Positions 1 through 9,094 of a stretch of 38,630 nucleotides of DNA are shown one piece after another. Position 1 is the stretch's first letter, and the number at the start of each line of letters is the position of its first letter. The DNA is from a virus (Duplodnaviria; Caudoviricetes). The stretch covers positions 1 through 38,630 of IMG/VR virus record IMGVR_UViG_3300049009_000262; one strand, written 5' to 3'. The notes under the pieces were generated by a model, which was not told where the DNA came from, ran no database searches, and saw nothing but the letters and a program-made list of their open reading frames with translations. A program made the translations under genes and the position numbers.

Positions 1-1
1 G

Positions 2-298
2 TATTACGATTATCAATGGGTATATACCACTCTCCAGTACGGCCCTTATGGCGTGTCTGGTGGTGGCGGGGGCGGTGGTTATGTTAACCCAAGTTATGTA
101 ACACCAATGGCCAGCACTTTTACCGGAGTTAATTACTTCCCGGCAAATGCCTGGGATCCGGTAAGACTACGTGTAGATGGTGCCGATCCAATTACCGGCT
201 CAGGCGGGTATTCATATTACTGTGGCGGAGGACCAGCTACTGCCGCCACTACTTGTCTATTCGGAGCACATCCGGGTTTGGTAGTCATTTACGCCTAA
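2..298 (+). CDS. 3' end of Gly-rich virion/tail protein (partial, runs off left edge)
   Basis: Frame is open from base 2 (YYDYQWVYTT...SGGGGGGGY...GLVVIYA*); Gly runs and a GxVVI end are typical of phage tail Gly-rich domains. Confidence 0.55.
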   Translation, partial: YYDYQWVYTTLQYGPYGVSGGGGGGGYVNPSYVTPMASTFTGVNYFPANAWDPVRLRVDGADPITGSGGYSYYCGGGPATAATTCLFGAHPGLVVIYA

Positions 299-304
299 AT
301 TAAT

Positions 305-333
305 TTGACTTTATAATTGCGTTGCTATATAAT
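305..333 (+). promoter_or_regulatory. sigma70 promoter, leaderless-type, for primase
   Basis: TTGACT-17nt-TATAAT; ATG 6 nt downstream at 340. Confidence 0.75.
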
Positions 334-339
334 GTAGCA

Positions 340-1410
340 ATGCAATCTGATTTCCTAACACAGTTTTTACAAGGCATTCTTCCGTCTAAACGGAAATCGG
401 CCAGTAAAGGCTGGCTTAGCTTCAATGCACCTTGTTGTGTACACAACGGAGAAACTGCTGATAGTCGGGGTCGTGGTGGCATAATATCCAACTCGGATGG
501 CAGCATAAGTTATCATTGTTTTAATTGCAATTACAAAACTAGCTTTCAGCCCGGGCGCACACTCAGTTACAAATTTCGAAAGCTACTCAGCTGGCTGGGC
601 GCCAGCGACAATGACATAAGACATTTAGTAATTGAAGCTATTCGTCTTAAAGACTTTATGTCTTTGACTGAACCCGAGGCCATAGTCAAAGACGAAGCAG
701 TAGTATACAAGCACAGACCTTTGCCCACTGAGGCACAGACTTTTTACGGCCTGGTCGAATTCTATGAACTAGCCGACAGTCTTGATTACCCTAAACACTT
801 TGTAGATGCTGTGGCCTATGTCAGCGATCGTAAGATTGATATGAAACGCTATGAGCTTTACTGGACACCAGAAGTAGAGCATAAACTAAGTCACAGAGTC
901 GTTGTTCCTTTTAAATGGCAAGGACAAGTCATTGGTTATACCGCCAGAGCCTTTGTTGATGGAATCAAGCCCAAGTATTACACACAACACGAACCTGATT
1001 TTGTTTTTAATACGGATGAACAGATAGCCAGTAATAAGTATGTTATTGTTTGCGAAGGCCCATTTGATGCAATGAGCATAGATGGTGTGGCCGTCTGTTC
1101 CAATGAGTGTAGCGAAAAACAAGCAGACATCATTGACAGTCTGGGCAAAGAAGTTATTGTGGTGCCGGACTTTGACATTAGCGTGGATGCCAATACAGGT
1201 AAAAAGAAATGGCCCGGAGCAAGGCTAATAGATCAAGCTATAGAGTATGGCTGGAGTGTTTCCTTTCCAGTCTGGGCCACAGAGTGCAAAGATATCAATG
1301 ACGCCGTTGTCAAGCACGGCAAGTTGTTTACACTAAAAACCATCTTTGACAGTGTAGAACATAACAGATTAAAAATAGAATTAATGAAACGGAAAGTGAG
1401 CAATGGCTAA
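340..1410 (+). CDS. DNA primase (T4 gp61-like, Zn-binding domain plus TOPRIM)
   Basis: N-terminal CCVH...CFNC Zn motif; TOPRIM EGPFD and PDFD motifs; adjacent to helicase; start moved to ATG 340. Confidence 0.88.
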   Translation: MQSDFLTQFLQGILPSKRKSASKGWLSFNAPCCVHNGETADSRGRGGIISNSDGSISYHCFNCNYKTSFQPGRTLSYKFRKLLSWLGASDNDIRHLVIEAIRLKDFMSLTEPEAIVKDEAVVYKHRPLPTEAQTFYGLVEFYELADSLDYPKHFVDAVAYVSDRKIDMKRYELYWTPEVEHKLSHRVVVPFKWQGQVIGYTARAFVDGIKPKYYTQHEPDFVFNTDEQIASNKYVIVCEGPFDAMSIDGVAVCSNECSEKQADIIDSLGKEVIVVPDFDISVDANTGKKKWPGARLIDQAIEYGWSVSFPVWATECKDINDAVVKHGKLFTLKTIFDSVEHNRLKIELMKRKVSNG

Positions 1411-2854
1411 AGAATATTCATCAGATTTACAAAAATTATTTTTAGAAATGATGTTGCAGGATGCACAAAGCTATGTACGGGTACAAAACATTTATAACCC
1501 AGAAAACTTTGATCGCAGTATCAGAGCAGTGGCAACATTTTTAAAAGAGCACAGCGAGAATCATCAGACTTTACCCACCATTGAGCAAATTAAAGCAACC
1601 ACTGGCGTTGAACTAAAGCCAGTGCCGGATCTAGGTGCAGGTCACTATGATTGGTTTATGCAAGAGTTTGAAGGGTTTACTAAACGTCAAGAACTAGAAC
1701 GTGCTATTCTTAAAGCCGCAGACTTGTTGGAAGCAGGGGACTTTGATCCAGTTGAGAAGTTGATCAAAGATGCAGTGCAAATTAGTTTGCAAAAAGATAT
1801 GGGCACAGATTACTTTGCTGATCCTGCGGCACGTATTAACAAATACTATAACAGTGGTGGACAAGTAAGCACAGGCTGGCCGCAGATGGATAGACTGTTG
1901 TATGGCGGCTTTAGTCGAGGTGAACTAAACATCTTTGCAGGTGGCTCGGGGTCTGGCAAGAGCTTGGTTATGATGAACATAGCACTTAGCTGGTTGCAAA
2001 TGGGTTTAAGTGGTGTGTACATTACACTGGAACTGTCGGAAGAGTTAACCAGTTTGCGTACAGATGCAATGTTAACAGGAATGGGCACCAAGGACATTCG
2101 CAAGGACATTGACACAACTACAATGAAGGTTCGGCTGGTCAGTAAGAAAGCTGGACAATATCGTGTCAAGGGATTGCCTGCACAAAGCAATGTCAACGAC
2201 ATTCGTGCATACTTAAAAGAAGTACAAATACAAACAGGTATCAAAGTTGACTTTGTAATGGTTGATTACTTGGACTTGGTTATGCCCGTGAGTGTTAAAG
2301 TTAACCCCAATGACCAGTTTATTAAAGACAAGTATGTAGCAGAGGAATTGCGTAATTTGGCCAAAGAACTGGGTATTTTAATGGTCACAGCCAGTCAGTT
2401 AAATCGCAGTGCCGTTGAAGAAGTGGAATTTGACCATAGCCATATTGCTGGTGGTATTAGTAAAATTAACACAGCAGATAACGTGTTTGGTATCTTTACG
2501 AGTCGTGCTATGAAAGAGCGTGGCAAGTATCAGATCCAGTGTATGAAATCGCGTAGCAGTACAGGCGTTGGTCAAAAGATTGATCTAGAGTATAACATTG
2601 AAACAATGCGTATTACCGACCCGGGCACAGAAGAAGGCGAAAACAAATACGGAAATCCTGCATCCAGCATTATGCAACAAATTAAAGCAAAGAGCACAGT
2701 TGATAACGAAAACACTGGTGGCACATCTACTAGATGGGAAAAACCCACAGGTACACCGGCTTGGGAACAGGGTCCTAAAATTACAACAGGTGTTGATGGC
2801 AGCAAACTTAAATCTATGCTAGCTGGCTTAAAAACTGCGACAAAAGATGTCTAA
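1403..2854 (+). CDS. Replicative DNA helicase (DnaB/T4 gp41-like, SF4)
   Basis: Walker A GGSGSGKS, Walker B VMVDYLDL, SQLNR motif, KSR arginine finger. Confidence 0.93.
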   Translation: MAKEYSSDLQKLFLEMMLQDAQSYVRVQNIYNPENFDRSIRAVATFLKEHSENHQTLPTIEQIKATTGVELKPVPDLGAGHYDWFMQEFEGFTKRQELERAILKAADLLEAGDFDPVEKLIKDAVQISLQKDMGTDYFADPAARINKYYNSGGQVSTGWPQMDRLLYGGFSRGELNIFAGGSGSGKSLVMMNIALSWLQMGLSGVYITLELSEELTSLRTDAMLTGMGTKDIRKDIDTTTMKVRLVSKKAGQYRVKGLPAQSNVNDIRAYLKEVQIQTGIKVDFVMVDYLDLVMPVSVKVNPNDQFIKDKYVAEELRNLAKELGILMVTASQLNRSAVEEVEFDHSHIAGGISKINTADNVFGIFTSRAMKERGKYQIQCMKSRSSTGVGQKIDLEYNIETMRITDPGTEEGENKYGNPASSIMQQIKAKSTVDNENTGGTSTRWEKPTGTPAWEQGPKITTGVDGSKLKSMLAGLKTATKDV

Positions 2855-2883
2855 ACTCTCTAATCGTTTTATTTTAACAACAA

Positions 2884-2889
2884 TAAATA
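2884..2889 (+). promoter_or_regulatory. Putative T4-like late promoter (TAAATA)
   Basis: ATAAATA in intergenic gap ahead of the presumed structural block; the motif recurs before other late genes. Confidence 0.55.
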
Positions 2890-2907
2890 CAACAATTGGA
2901 GCACATC

Positions 2908-3147
2908 TTGCAGAAACGCACTCGTAGCATTCTTGACGAATTAGATAACCTATTAGCACACAAAGACAAGGATAACCTTGTTGAAAGTCGTGCTAGTCAC
3001 GTTATACAAGGCGCCATTAATTTAATTAATTACATTAAAGAAAACTACGATACTGAAACAGCGTTAGAGTTGGAACGCAGGTTATTGAACAGTATTCGAA
3101 GCCAAGATGTCACAAAATTTACCAGAGGCATCAGACGCATCAAATGA
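2908..3147 (+). CDS. Hypothetical phage protein (TTG start)
   Basis: GGAG at 2898-2901 precedes TTG 2908 (MQKRTRSILDEL...); ATGA overlap with next gene. Confidence 0.7.
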   Translation: MQKRTRSILDELDNLLAHKDKDNLVESRASHVIQGAINLINYIKENYDTETALELERRLLNSIRSQDVTKFTRGIRRIK

Positions 3148-3869
3148 GACACAACGAATACTTTAAGAAACAACAGGTAAACGAAGGCCCTATAGACTTT
3201 GCTAAAAAAGTAGCGGCCGGAGTTGGGGGCGCAATGACTGCTGGGCAAACGTGGTCCGGCGGATATAATCGTGAAAAATATGCACAACAAATCGATGCAA
3301 TGGCTAAACGTACAATGCCTGCTTGGAATCAACAGGAAGCGGCATTGGAAGCACGTGGTGTTACCGGGCCAGAAGTTGGTAAGTATTTGCATTCCTGGGT
3401 AAAACAATATTTTGAAATTGAACCGCCGCCGGCACTGCCAATGGTAGATGATGCCAGTGCGTTTGAATACATTAAAAAAGCTGTGGCCATTAAAATGAAT
3501 CCTCAGATTCAGGCAGCCGCACAGCAACAGCAACAACAAGGCGGAACAACTCCTGTGGCGCCAACTACTGGTAATGTAGAGGCCGGTGGAACAACTACCA
3601 CAGGTAATACTGCACCAACTACAGGTAATACGGCACCGGCTACTAGTAACGTGGCACCCGGTGCCGCTACTGTATCGTCGACTGATCCAATGCACGCCGT
3701 GTTCAAGGATCCAAATACATTTAAAGCAGAATGGGACAAATTTGTCTCATCAAAAGAAAATTACAAACTAATTGCAGATCCAAAGTTATTGGATGTGTTA
3801 AAACGAATGTGGATGAGAGCCGGTGGAATGCGAGCTGAATCTAAGAACAATAAAGGAAAGCGTGTATGA
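3144..3869 (+). CDS. Hypothetical virion/internal head protein with Gln/Thr/Pro-rich linker
   Basis: 241 aa ORF; poly-Q and TTGNTAP repeats; C-terminal module resembles that of the next gene. Confidence 0.7.
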   Translation: MRHNEYFKKQQVNEGPIDFAKKVAAGVGGAMTAGQTWSGGYNREKYAQQIDAMAKRTMPAWNQQEAALEARGVTGPEVGKYLHSWVKQYFEIEPPPALPMVDDASAFEYIKKAVAIKMNPQIQAAAQQQQQQGGTTPVAPTTGNVEAGGTTTTGNTAPTTGNTAPATSNVAPGAATVSSTDPMHAVFKDPNTFKAEWDKFVSSKENYKLIADPKLLDVLKRMWMRAGGMRAESKNNKGKRV

Positions 3870-6262
3870 GATCGTCTAATATCCTATTCGAAGCACAATT
3901 ACTCGAAGATGTAACCTACAGACAATTTAAGTCTGTGGGTCGTATGATTGTTGAAAGAAAGATGACTGAGCCAGAGATTTTGGCTCTCTTTGCCAAAGTC
4001 GAACAAGGTGCCACAGCCGGTGGTGCTAACCGTACATTAATTGGTAAAGGTAAAGATGTTGCCACGGATGTAGCATCTGCAATTAGTAATGCCTACAACG
4101 GTGTGGCTAACAAGATTTCTAGTTCAGGCCCGGTGTCTGGATTTGACGTAGCAGTTGACAAGTTAACAGACAAGTTAGCCACGGCTGCTGGAGGACAAAG
4201 CGGCGCAGTAATGACCGCTATTAAAAAGTATAGAGAGTTTGCCAAGAAGCATCCAGTTATGCAAGGTGCTATCTATGCTGGTCTTATTGCCTTAACAGGT
4301 TTAAGTGGTGCCGGCCTGGGTGGTGCGGCATTGCTTGGTGGTATTAAAGCATTTGATAAATTGCTACTAGGCAACAAGGCCAGTAGTGCTCTATGGTCAG
4401 GATTCGTAACCGGTGCTACAGCATATGGTATCGGTCAAGCCAAGGCTGCACTAAGTGGTGGCACACCAACAGATGTACCAGCTGATGCAACGACTACAGT
4501 ACCTGCAACTGATGCAACGACTACAGTACCAGCTGATGCAACGACTACAGTACCTGCAACTGATGCAACGACTACAGTACCAGCTGATGCAACGACTACA
4601 GTACCTGCAACTGATGCAACGACTACAGTACCTGCAACTGATGCAACGACTACAGTACCTGCAACTGATGCAACGACTACAGTACCAGCCGATGCAACGA
4701 CTACAGTGCCTGCAACTGGTGTCACGGATGTGTCGACAGAATACACAGCCAAAGCCAAAGATACATTAAGTGGTATTGCCAAAGCAAACAACGTCAGTGT
4801 TGATGAGTTAATGCAGGCTAACCCTGACATTACTAACCCTGACGTCATAAAAGCTGGACAAACTATTAACATTCCTAGCGAAACTGGTAGCTCAGTCTAT
4901 CAAGGTGGTGTTGGTACCAACGCCGACACTATGGCTAAAATTGGTTCTGGACAGTACACTGACAGCGAAATCAGTCAGAATATGGCCAAAGCGGCCAAGG
5001 GCGCTGCCAGCAACGCAACCACAGCACCTGATGTAGCAAATGTAGCGGCAGATGCAGGCAAAGGTGGAGCCAAGGCAGCAGTTACTGGTGCGGAAACACC
5101 ACCGGAGATTGGTCAAGCATTTGACTCAGGAATTGCTCCAACCGGGCCCGATGGCACACCAATGCAGGCTGTTCCATTGGATGAACCAGCCGGCGCAGTG
5201 ACACCGGGTACTGCCAGTGATGGGTCGTACCAGCAAGCCGCACCTTTAGATGCCGCCGGTAATCCAATGGCTCAAACTTCCTTCATTGACCTAACCAATG
5301 GCAATCAAGGCACTATGAATTTACCCGATGGATCCAGCGTCCCGGTTAATGTATTCCCGGCAGATGGTCTACAGCCAAGACTACCGGTGGGATCGGAAAA
5401 GATTATTGCAGATTTAAATGGACAAAAAGTCACTGCTTGGGTATATAATGGCAAAGCCTATGTTCCAAACTTTAAAATGGAAAGTTTTGTTGTTTTAAAG
5501 CGTCCAATATATGAAATAGTAGATAAAGACTTAACAGTTAGAATGTGGGCATTGCGAGAGTCTACTAGCAAGCAAAGACGTCGCGGTGTTGAATTAACTG
5601 AGTCTGGTGTTAATCTAGTATTTGAAAACTTGGCACGTTTTAAGCGTCACGTTGAATTAAGAAGAATGCTAGGAGAAGCCCCTGGAGATATAACTCCAGG
5701 ACGCCCTGAACTTCCTGATGAGTTCCGTCCCGATATGCCAGGTGCTAAAGGTACAGAACAAAAGCCCGGCTTCCTCGGTCGTGCGTGGGGTGGTATAAAG
5801 AATATAGGACACCAGTTAACCACAAAAGTAACAGCTGATAAGTTAAAAATGAATTGGCACGTTGCTGGTAAACCATCTGACAGCGATGCACTTGCACAGT
5901 TTTTACAGCAACAAGGTGTTGGCACAGATGTAATTTCTGGTGTTTATAAAGAACTAGGATTGCCTTATACAGATCCAAATGCAACAACACCTGATACAAC
6001 AACACCTGATACAACAACACCTGTAGCGTCATCGGGGTCTGGTATGTTTGCCGACCCTAACAAACTATGGACTAGTTTTGAAAGCTATCTAGAAGCTGAT
6101 GGAAGAATTGCACCAGCGTTCCGTGGTGTGTTAAAAGACATACTACTAACTGCTCTTAGAACAGTTGAAAGTAGACAGCGTAAAATCAATAAGATTATCA
6201 AAGAAGCAAAGAGCATCGAGAAACGACTAGTTGCTATTAAGAAAACAAAACAAAAAGTATGA
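3866..6262 (+). CDS. LysM-domain virion protein with VPA(T)DATTT tandem repeats
   Basis: LysM motif YTAKAKDTLSGIAKANNVSVDELMQANPDITNPDVIKAGQTINIP; hydrophobic Gly/Ala helices before the repeats. Confidence 0.8.
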   Translation: MRSSNILFEAQLLEDVTYRQFKSVGRMIVERKMTEPEILALFAKVEQGATAGGANRTLIGKGKDVATDVASAISNAYNGVANKISSSGPVSGFDVAVDKLTDKLATAAGGQSGAVMTAIKKYREFAKKHPVMQGAIYAGLIALTGLSGAGLGGAALLGGIKAFDKLLLGNKASSALWSGFVTGATAYGIGQAKAALSGGTPTDVPADATTTVPATDATTTVPADATTTVPATDATTTVPADATTTVPATDATTTVPATDATTTVPATDATTTVPADATTTVPATGVTDVSTEYTAKAKDTLSGIAKANNVSVDELMQANPDITNPDVIKAGQTINIPSETGSSVYQGGVGTNADTMAKIGSGQYTDSEISQNMAKAAKGAASNATTAPDVANVAADAGKGGAKAAVTGAETPPEIGQAFDSGIAPTGPDGTPMQAVPLDEPAGAVTPGTASDGSYQQAAPLDAAGNPMAQTSFIDLTNGNQGTMNLPDGSSVPVNVFPADGLQPRLPVGSEKIIADLNGQKVTAWVYNGKAYVPNFKMESFVVLKRPIYEIVDKDLTVRMWALRESTSKQRRRGVELTESGVNLVFENLARFKRHVELRRMLGEAPGDITPGRPELPDEFRPDMPGAKGTEQKPGFLGRAWGGIKNIGHQLTTKVTADKLKMNWHVAGKPSDSDALAQFLQQQGVGTDVISGVYKELGLPYTDPNATTPDTTTPDTTTPVASSGSGMFADPNKLWTSFESYLEADGRIAPAFRGVLKDILLTALRTVESRQRKINKIIKEAKSIEKRLVAIKKTKQKV
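4475..4717 (+). repeat. In-frame tandem repeat of 24-nt and 27-nt units (pattern ABABABBBA plus partial B)
   Basis: A=gtaccagctgatgcaacgactaca, B=gtacctgcaactgatgcaacgactaca; near-identical copies. Confidence 0.95.
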
Positions 6263-7545
6263 AACTCTTTGAAATTAAAAACAAACCAGCACCTTGGCTA
6301 TTAGTCGAAGCTGCCGAAGGTAAGAATACTCACTTAGAGCATCTCGAAGACGAGATTTTAAACAGTGGGTATGCTGGCGCACAACTAGCTTTTTCGTACT
6401 TAGAAAATCTAAGAACAATGTTAAGCAAGGGAACAGGAACACCCCAGGCTAAAGTTACAGTTAAGTGGGACGGTGCTCCTGCTATTATTTGTGGCATTGA
6501 TCCTGCAGACGGTAAATTTTTTCTTGGAACAAAAAGCGTGTTTAGCCAAGATGCTAAATTAATTAAAAGCAAGAAAGATATTGCCAATTGGTATAGCGAT
6601 AAACCTGACTTGGCAGAAAAACTAATGTATGCTTTAAAGTATCTACCAGAGCTGGGCATTGGCAACGTGCTACAAGGTGACTTAATGTTTACCAAGCCAA
6701 ATCTTGGAGTCGCTAGCATTGGCGGCGAAGACTGCTATGTGTTTACTCCGAATACTATTAGCTATGCCGTGCCAGTTAATAGTCAATTGGGGCAACGTCT
6801 GGCTGCCTCACAAATTGGTATAGTATTTCACACAGCATACGAAGGTGCTAGTTTGCCAGAAATGACAGCTTCGTTTGGTGTCAGTGTTGCAGGACTTAAT
6901 AAGAGCAAGAATGTGTGGTTCGATGATGCAACCTACAAAGACTTAACTGGCAGAGCTACATTGTCCAGCGACGAAGATCGTGCATTTAAAAAAGCCATCG
7001 ATGGCGGAATAAAAACCCTACAAAAAATCGATAAGAAAAAGTTTGATATTATCATTCAAAACCAAGAGTTTGCCAAGTATGTTAAACCTTTTATCAACAA
7101 TCGTATTCGCGGTGGTGAACAAGTAGGCGAGCCCATTACATTCTTAAAAGAATTCCTTGTATTTTACAAAGGTAAGATGGAAGCAGAAATGGCTAAACTT
7201 AAAGGCGGTCCAGAAAGTAAAGCCGCACAAGATCGTATGGCCAAGATTCAACAACAAGAGCGTTTTATTGCTGATAATAGTAACACATTACTAGGCATAA
7301 TGGCAATTTATAAACGTGTAATAGAACTTAAACTAGCCATAGTTAAGAAGTTGCAACAAGTAGAAAGTATGGTAGGTACTTTCCTTAAGACAGAAACAGG
7401 CTATCAGGTTATGAATCCTGAGGGCTTTGTTGCTGTGGGCCACGATGGTGGCGCCGTTAAATTAATAGATAGACTAGAGTTTAGCCGACAAAACTTTGCT
7501 GGCAAAGCTGATTGGAAACGAACAAGTTTTGAACCAACGGCATAA
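6259..7545 (+). CDS. DUF6267-like phage protein with nucleotidyltransferase/RNA-ligase-like motifs
   Basis: HLEHLED, TVKWDGAPA, QGDLMF, EGFV and VKLIDR motifs. Confidence 0.65.
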   Translation: MKLFEIKNKPAPWLLVEAAEGKNTHLEHLEDEILNSGYAGAQLAFSYLENLRTMLSKGTGTPQAKVTVKWDGAPAIICGIDPADGKFFLGTKSVFSQDAKLIKSKKDIANWYSDKPDLAEKLMYALKYLPELGIGNVLQGDLMFTKPNLGVASIGGEDCYVFTPNTISYAVPVNSQLGQRLAASQIGIVFHTAYEGASLPEMTASFGVSVAGLNKSKNVWFDDATYKDLTGRATLSSDEDRAFKKAIDGGIKTLQKIDKKKFDIIIQNQEFAKYVKPFINNRIRGGEQVGEPITFLKEFLVFYKGKMEAEMAKLKGGPESKAAQDRMAKIQQQERFIADNSNTLLGIMAIYKRVIELKLAIVKKLQQVESMVGTFLKTETGYQVMNPEGFVAVGHDGGAVKLIDRLEFSRQNFAGKADWKRTSFEPTA

Positions 7546-7548
7546 ATA
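7543..7548 (+). promoter_or_regulatory. Putative late promoter (TAAATA), followed by a GGC-GCAA-GCC hairpin and AGGAG RBS
   Basis: cataaatatt overlaps the upstream stop codon; GNRA tetraloop hairpin at about 7558-7567. Confidence 0.55.
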
Positions 7549-7590
7549 TTTACGTGAGGCGCAAGCCCATAATTATTCAGGAGAAACAAA

Positions 7591-7980
7591 ATGGCAATTT
7601 TTACACGTACAAGCGGTGACGCAAATGGTGTAGTACACGTTGACACAGCGGCCCACGGTAGTGGCGCTGGTGTTTTAGTATCTACAGGTATCGGCAAGCA
7701 CCCAACATTAATCAAGCTAGACACAGGTTCAGTTGACATCAGCGGCCAAGTTGGCGTTGGTGGAGCAGTAGAAACAGTTCTACGAACCATTGCTACACGA
7801 GCAACTATTATCGCTTATCAAGTCGAAGATGATGATAGCGGCGAAATGCGTGTTCTAGTAGAAGCATCTGGTTGGGAAAATGATGCACAGCTTCAGACAG
7901 CCGTTCGTGCCCTAGGCACAGCTAACGGTGCTAACTTAGGCTCTACAACAGTATCTAGCGCAGGTGGCTTAAAGGCTTAA
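7591..7980 (+). CDS. Small probable structural (head decoration-like) protein
   Basis: Own late promoter, strong RBS and terminator; Gly/Ala/Thr/Val-rich. Confidence 0.55.
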   Translation: MAIFTRTSGDANGVVHVDTAAHGSGAGVLVSTGIGKHPTLIKLDTGSVDISGQVGVGGAVETVLRTIATRATIIAYQVEDDDSGEMRVLVEASGWENDAQLQTAVRALGTANGANLGSTTVSSAGGLKA

Positions 7981-7994
7981 TTTTAATTAAGACT

Positions 7995-8023
7995 AAAAAA
8001 GGCAGATTCGTTCTGCCTTTTTT
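7995..8023 (+). terminator. Rho-independent terminator (potentially bidirectional)
   Basis: aaaaaaggcaga-ttcgt-tctgcctttttt. Confidence 0.85.
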
Positions 8024-8046
8024 CTTGGCCGCTAAATATTGACAGT

Positions 8047-8499
8047 ATGCCAAACAAAGTATTTCAGATAACCACTCTAGTAGATATCACTGCTACAGGA
8101 GTGACACGTAGTACCGCCGAAAGAGAAATTGAACGTAACCAACAGCGCAATTGGGAAACGGTATTACAAGTATTGAGCCTTCGCACTCAGCCGCATATTG
8201 TAAATTGGCCCTATAAAGTTACCTTGGTCACAGAAGATGTCAGACATCTATTCGGAGCAGTTTATTCTGGGGAGCAAGAGGCTTGGAAGTTTGAATTTAC
8301 CGCAGACCACCCAGATTCCTATAGCGTGGTCACTGGTACCCTTGATGAAATAACAGATCCAATCAGTGGTTTGCAAAGTGATTTTGAACAAGTACCCGTT
8401 ATAACAGGACTGACAGAAACTGCCAGATTTTTGTTGCCAATATTTTATCCATTTGGCGCCATAAAAAACATTCATATAACATTGTTGACATATCCATAA
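8047..8499 (+). CDS. Hypothetical phage protein
   Basis: 150 aa ORF (TLVDITATG...RNQQRNWETVLQVLSLRTQP); TAAATA at 8033-8038 just upstream. Confidence 0.75.
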   Translation: MPNKVFQITTLVDITATGVTRSTAEREIERNQQRNWETVLQVLSLRTQPHIVNWPYKVTLVTEDVRHLFGAVYSGEQEAWKFEFTADHPDSYSVVTGTLDEITDPISGLQSDFEQVPVITGLTETARFLLPIFYPFGAIKNIHITLLTYP

Positions 8500-8507
8500 A
8501 TAACACA

Positions 8508-8588
8508 ATAGATGCTAAATCTATCTCTAAATTATGGCACAAATCACAGTCTCATTATGGCACATTATTAAACAGCATCGTTTAATAA
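8508..8588 (+). ncRNA. Candidate structured RNA or leader: two hairpins with complementary segments and two 11-nt direct repeats
   Basis: atagat-gctaa-atctat (8508-8524); attatggcaca x2 (8531, 8554); ttattaaac-agcatc-gtttaataa (8565-8588); gatgct (8511-8516) is complementary to loop agcatc; TAAATA at 8497-8502. Confidence 0.5.
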
Positions 8589-8600
8589 ACAAGGAACAAA

Positions 8601-8885
8601 ATGTCATCGACAACGGACATAGAAAAAAAGAGTTTGGAGGCTCACGTGGAACTTTGTGCAGAAAGGTACGCGGCTTTGGAACGAAATTACGACAATTTAC
8701 ACACCAAGATAGAGACCTTAAATGCCAAGATCGAACGGATGGACGCACACATCGTTGCCATACGTGAATCCTTGGCTGGTACCGGCGATCGCCAAAGCAA
8801 GCAAATTATAGCAATTGGCACAGCTATTGTGTCGGTTTTAATCACAGGCATAATTACTTTGACTGTACATTTTGTCAACAAATGA
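8601..8885 (+). CDS. Coiled-coil protein with C-terminal transmembrane helix
   Basis: AAGGA RBS; heptad region followed by IIAIGTAIVSVLITGIITLTV. Confidence 0.75.
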   Translation: MSSTTDIEKKSLEAHVELCAERYAALERNYDNLHTKIETLNAKIERMDAHIVAIRESLAGTGDRQSKQIIAIGTAIVSVLITGIITLTVHFVNK

Positions 8886-9094
8886 AAATCGTAGAACTGC
8901 TCAACAACTTGTCATTGCCAATAACCAACGAGGAAGCAGATCTGCTTTCTCGGTTTGATGACGGAGCAGTTATCTACCGCAGTAAATTCAACGAAAGACA
9001 ACAGCACGTCGCTAATCAACTAGTAAATAAAGATGTACTGTTAAGACTTAATCAAGATGGCCAAATCACATACCAAAAGAAAATCAGGCACTAA
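8882..9094 (+). CDS. Hypothetical phage protein
   Basis: ATGA-coupled 70 aa ORF, MKIVELL start. Confidence 0.7.
   Translation: MKIVELLNNLSLPITNEEADLLSRFDDGAVIYRSKFNERQQHVANQLVNKDVLLRLNQDGQITYQKKIRH

Noticed and set aside
4475-4717. Possible CRISPR array
   Set aside because: Units are directly adjacent with no unique spacers and encode protein in frame.
4435-4872. Repetitive alternative-frame and antisense ORFs (QLMQRLQY; AGTVVVAS)
   Set aside because: By-products of the in-frame tandem repeat in the LysM gene.
8534-8767. 77-aa ORF across the 8.5-kb gap
   Set aside because: No RBS, and it overlaps the better-supported 8601 gene out of frame; the gap is better explained as structured RNA.
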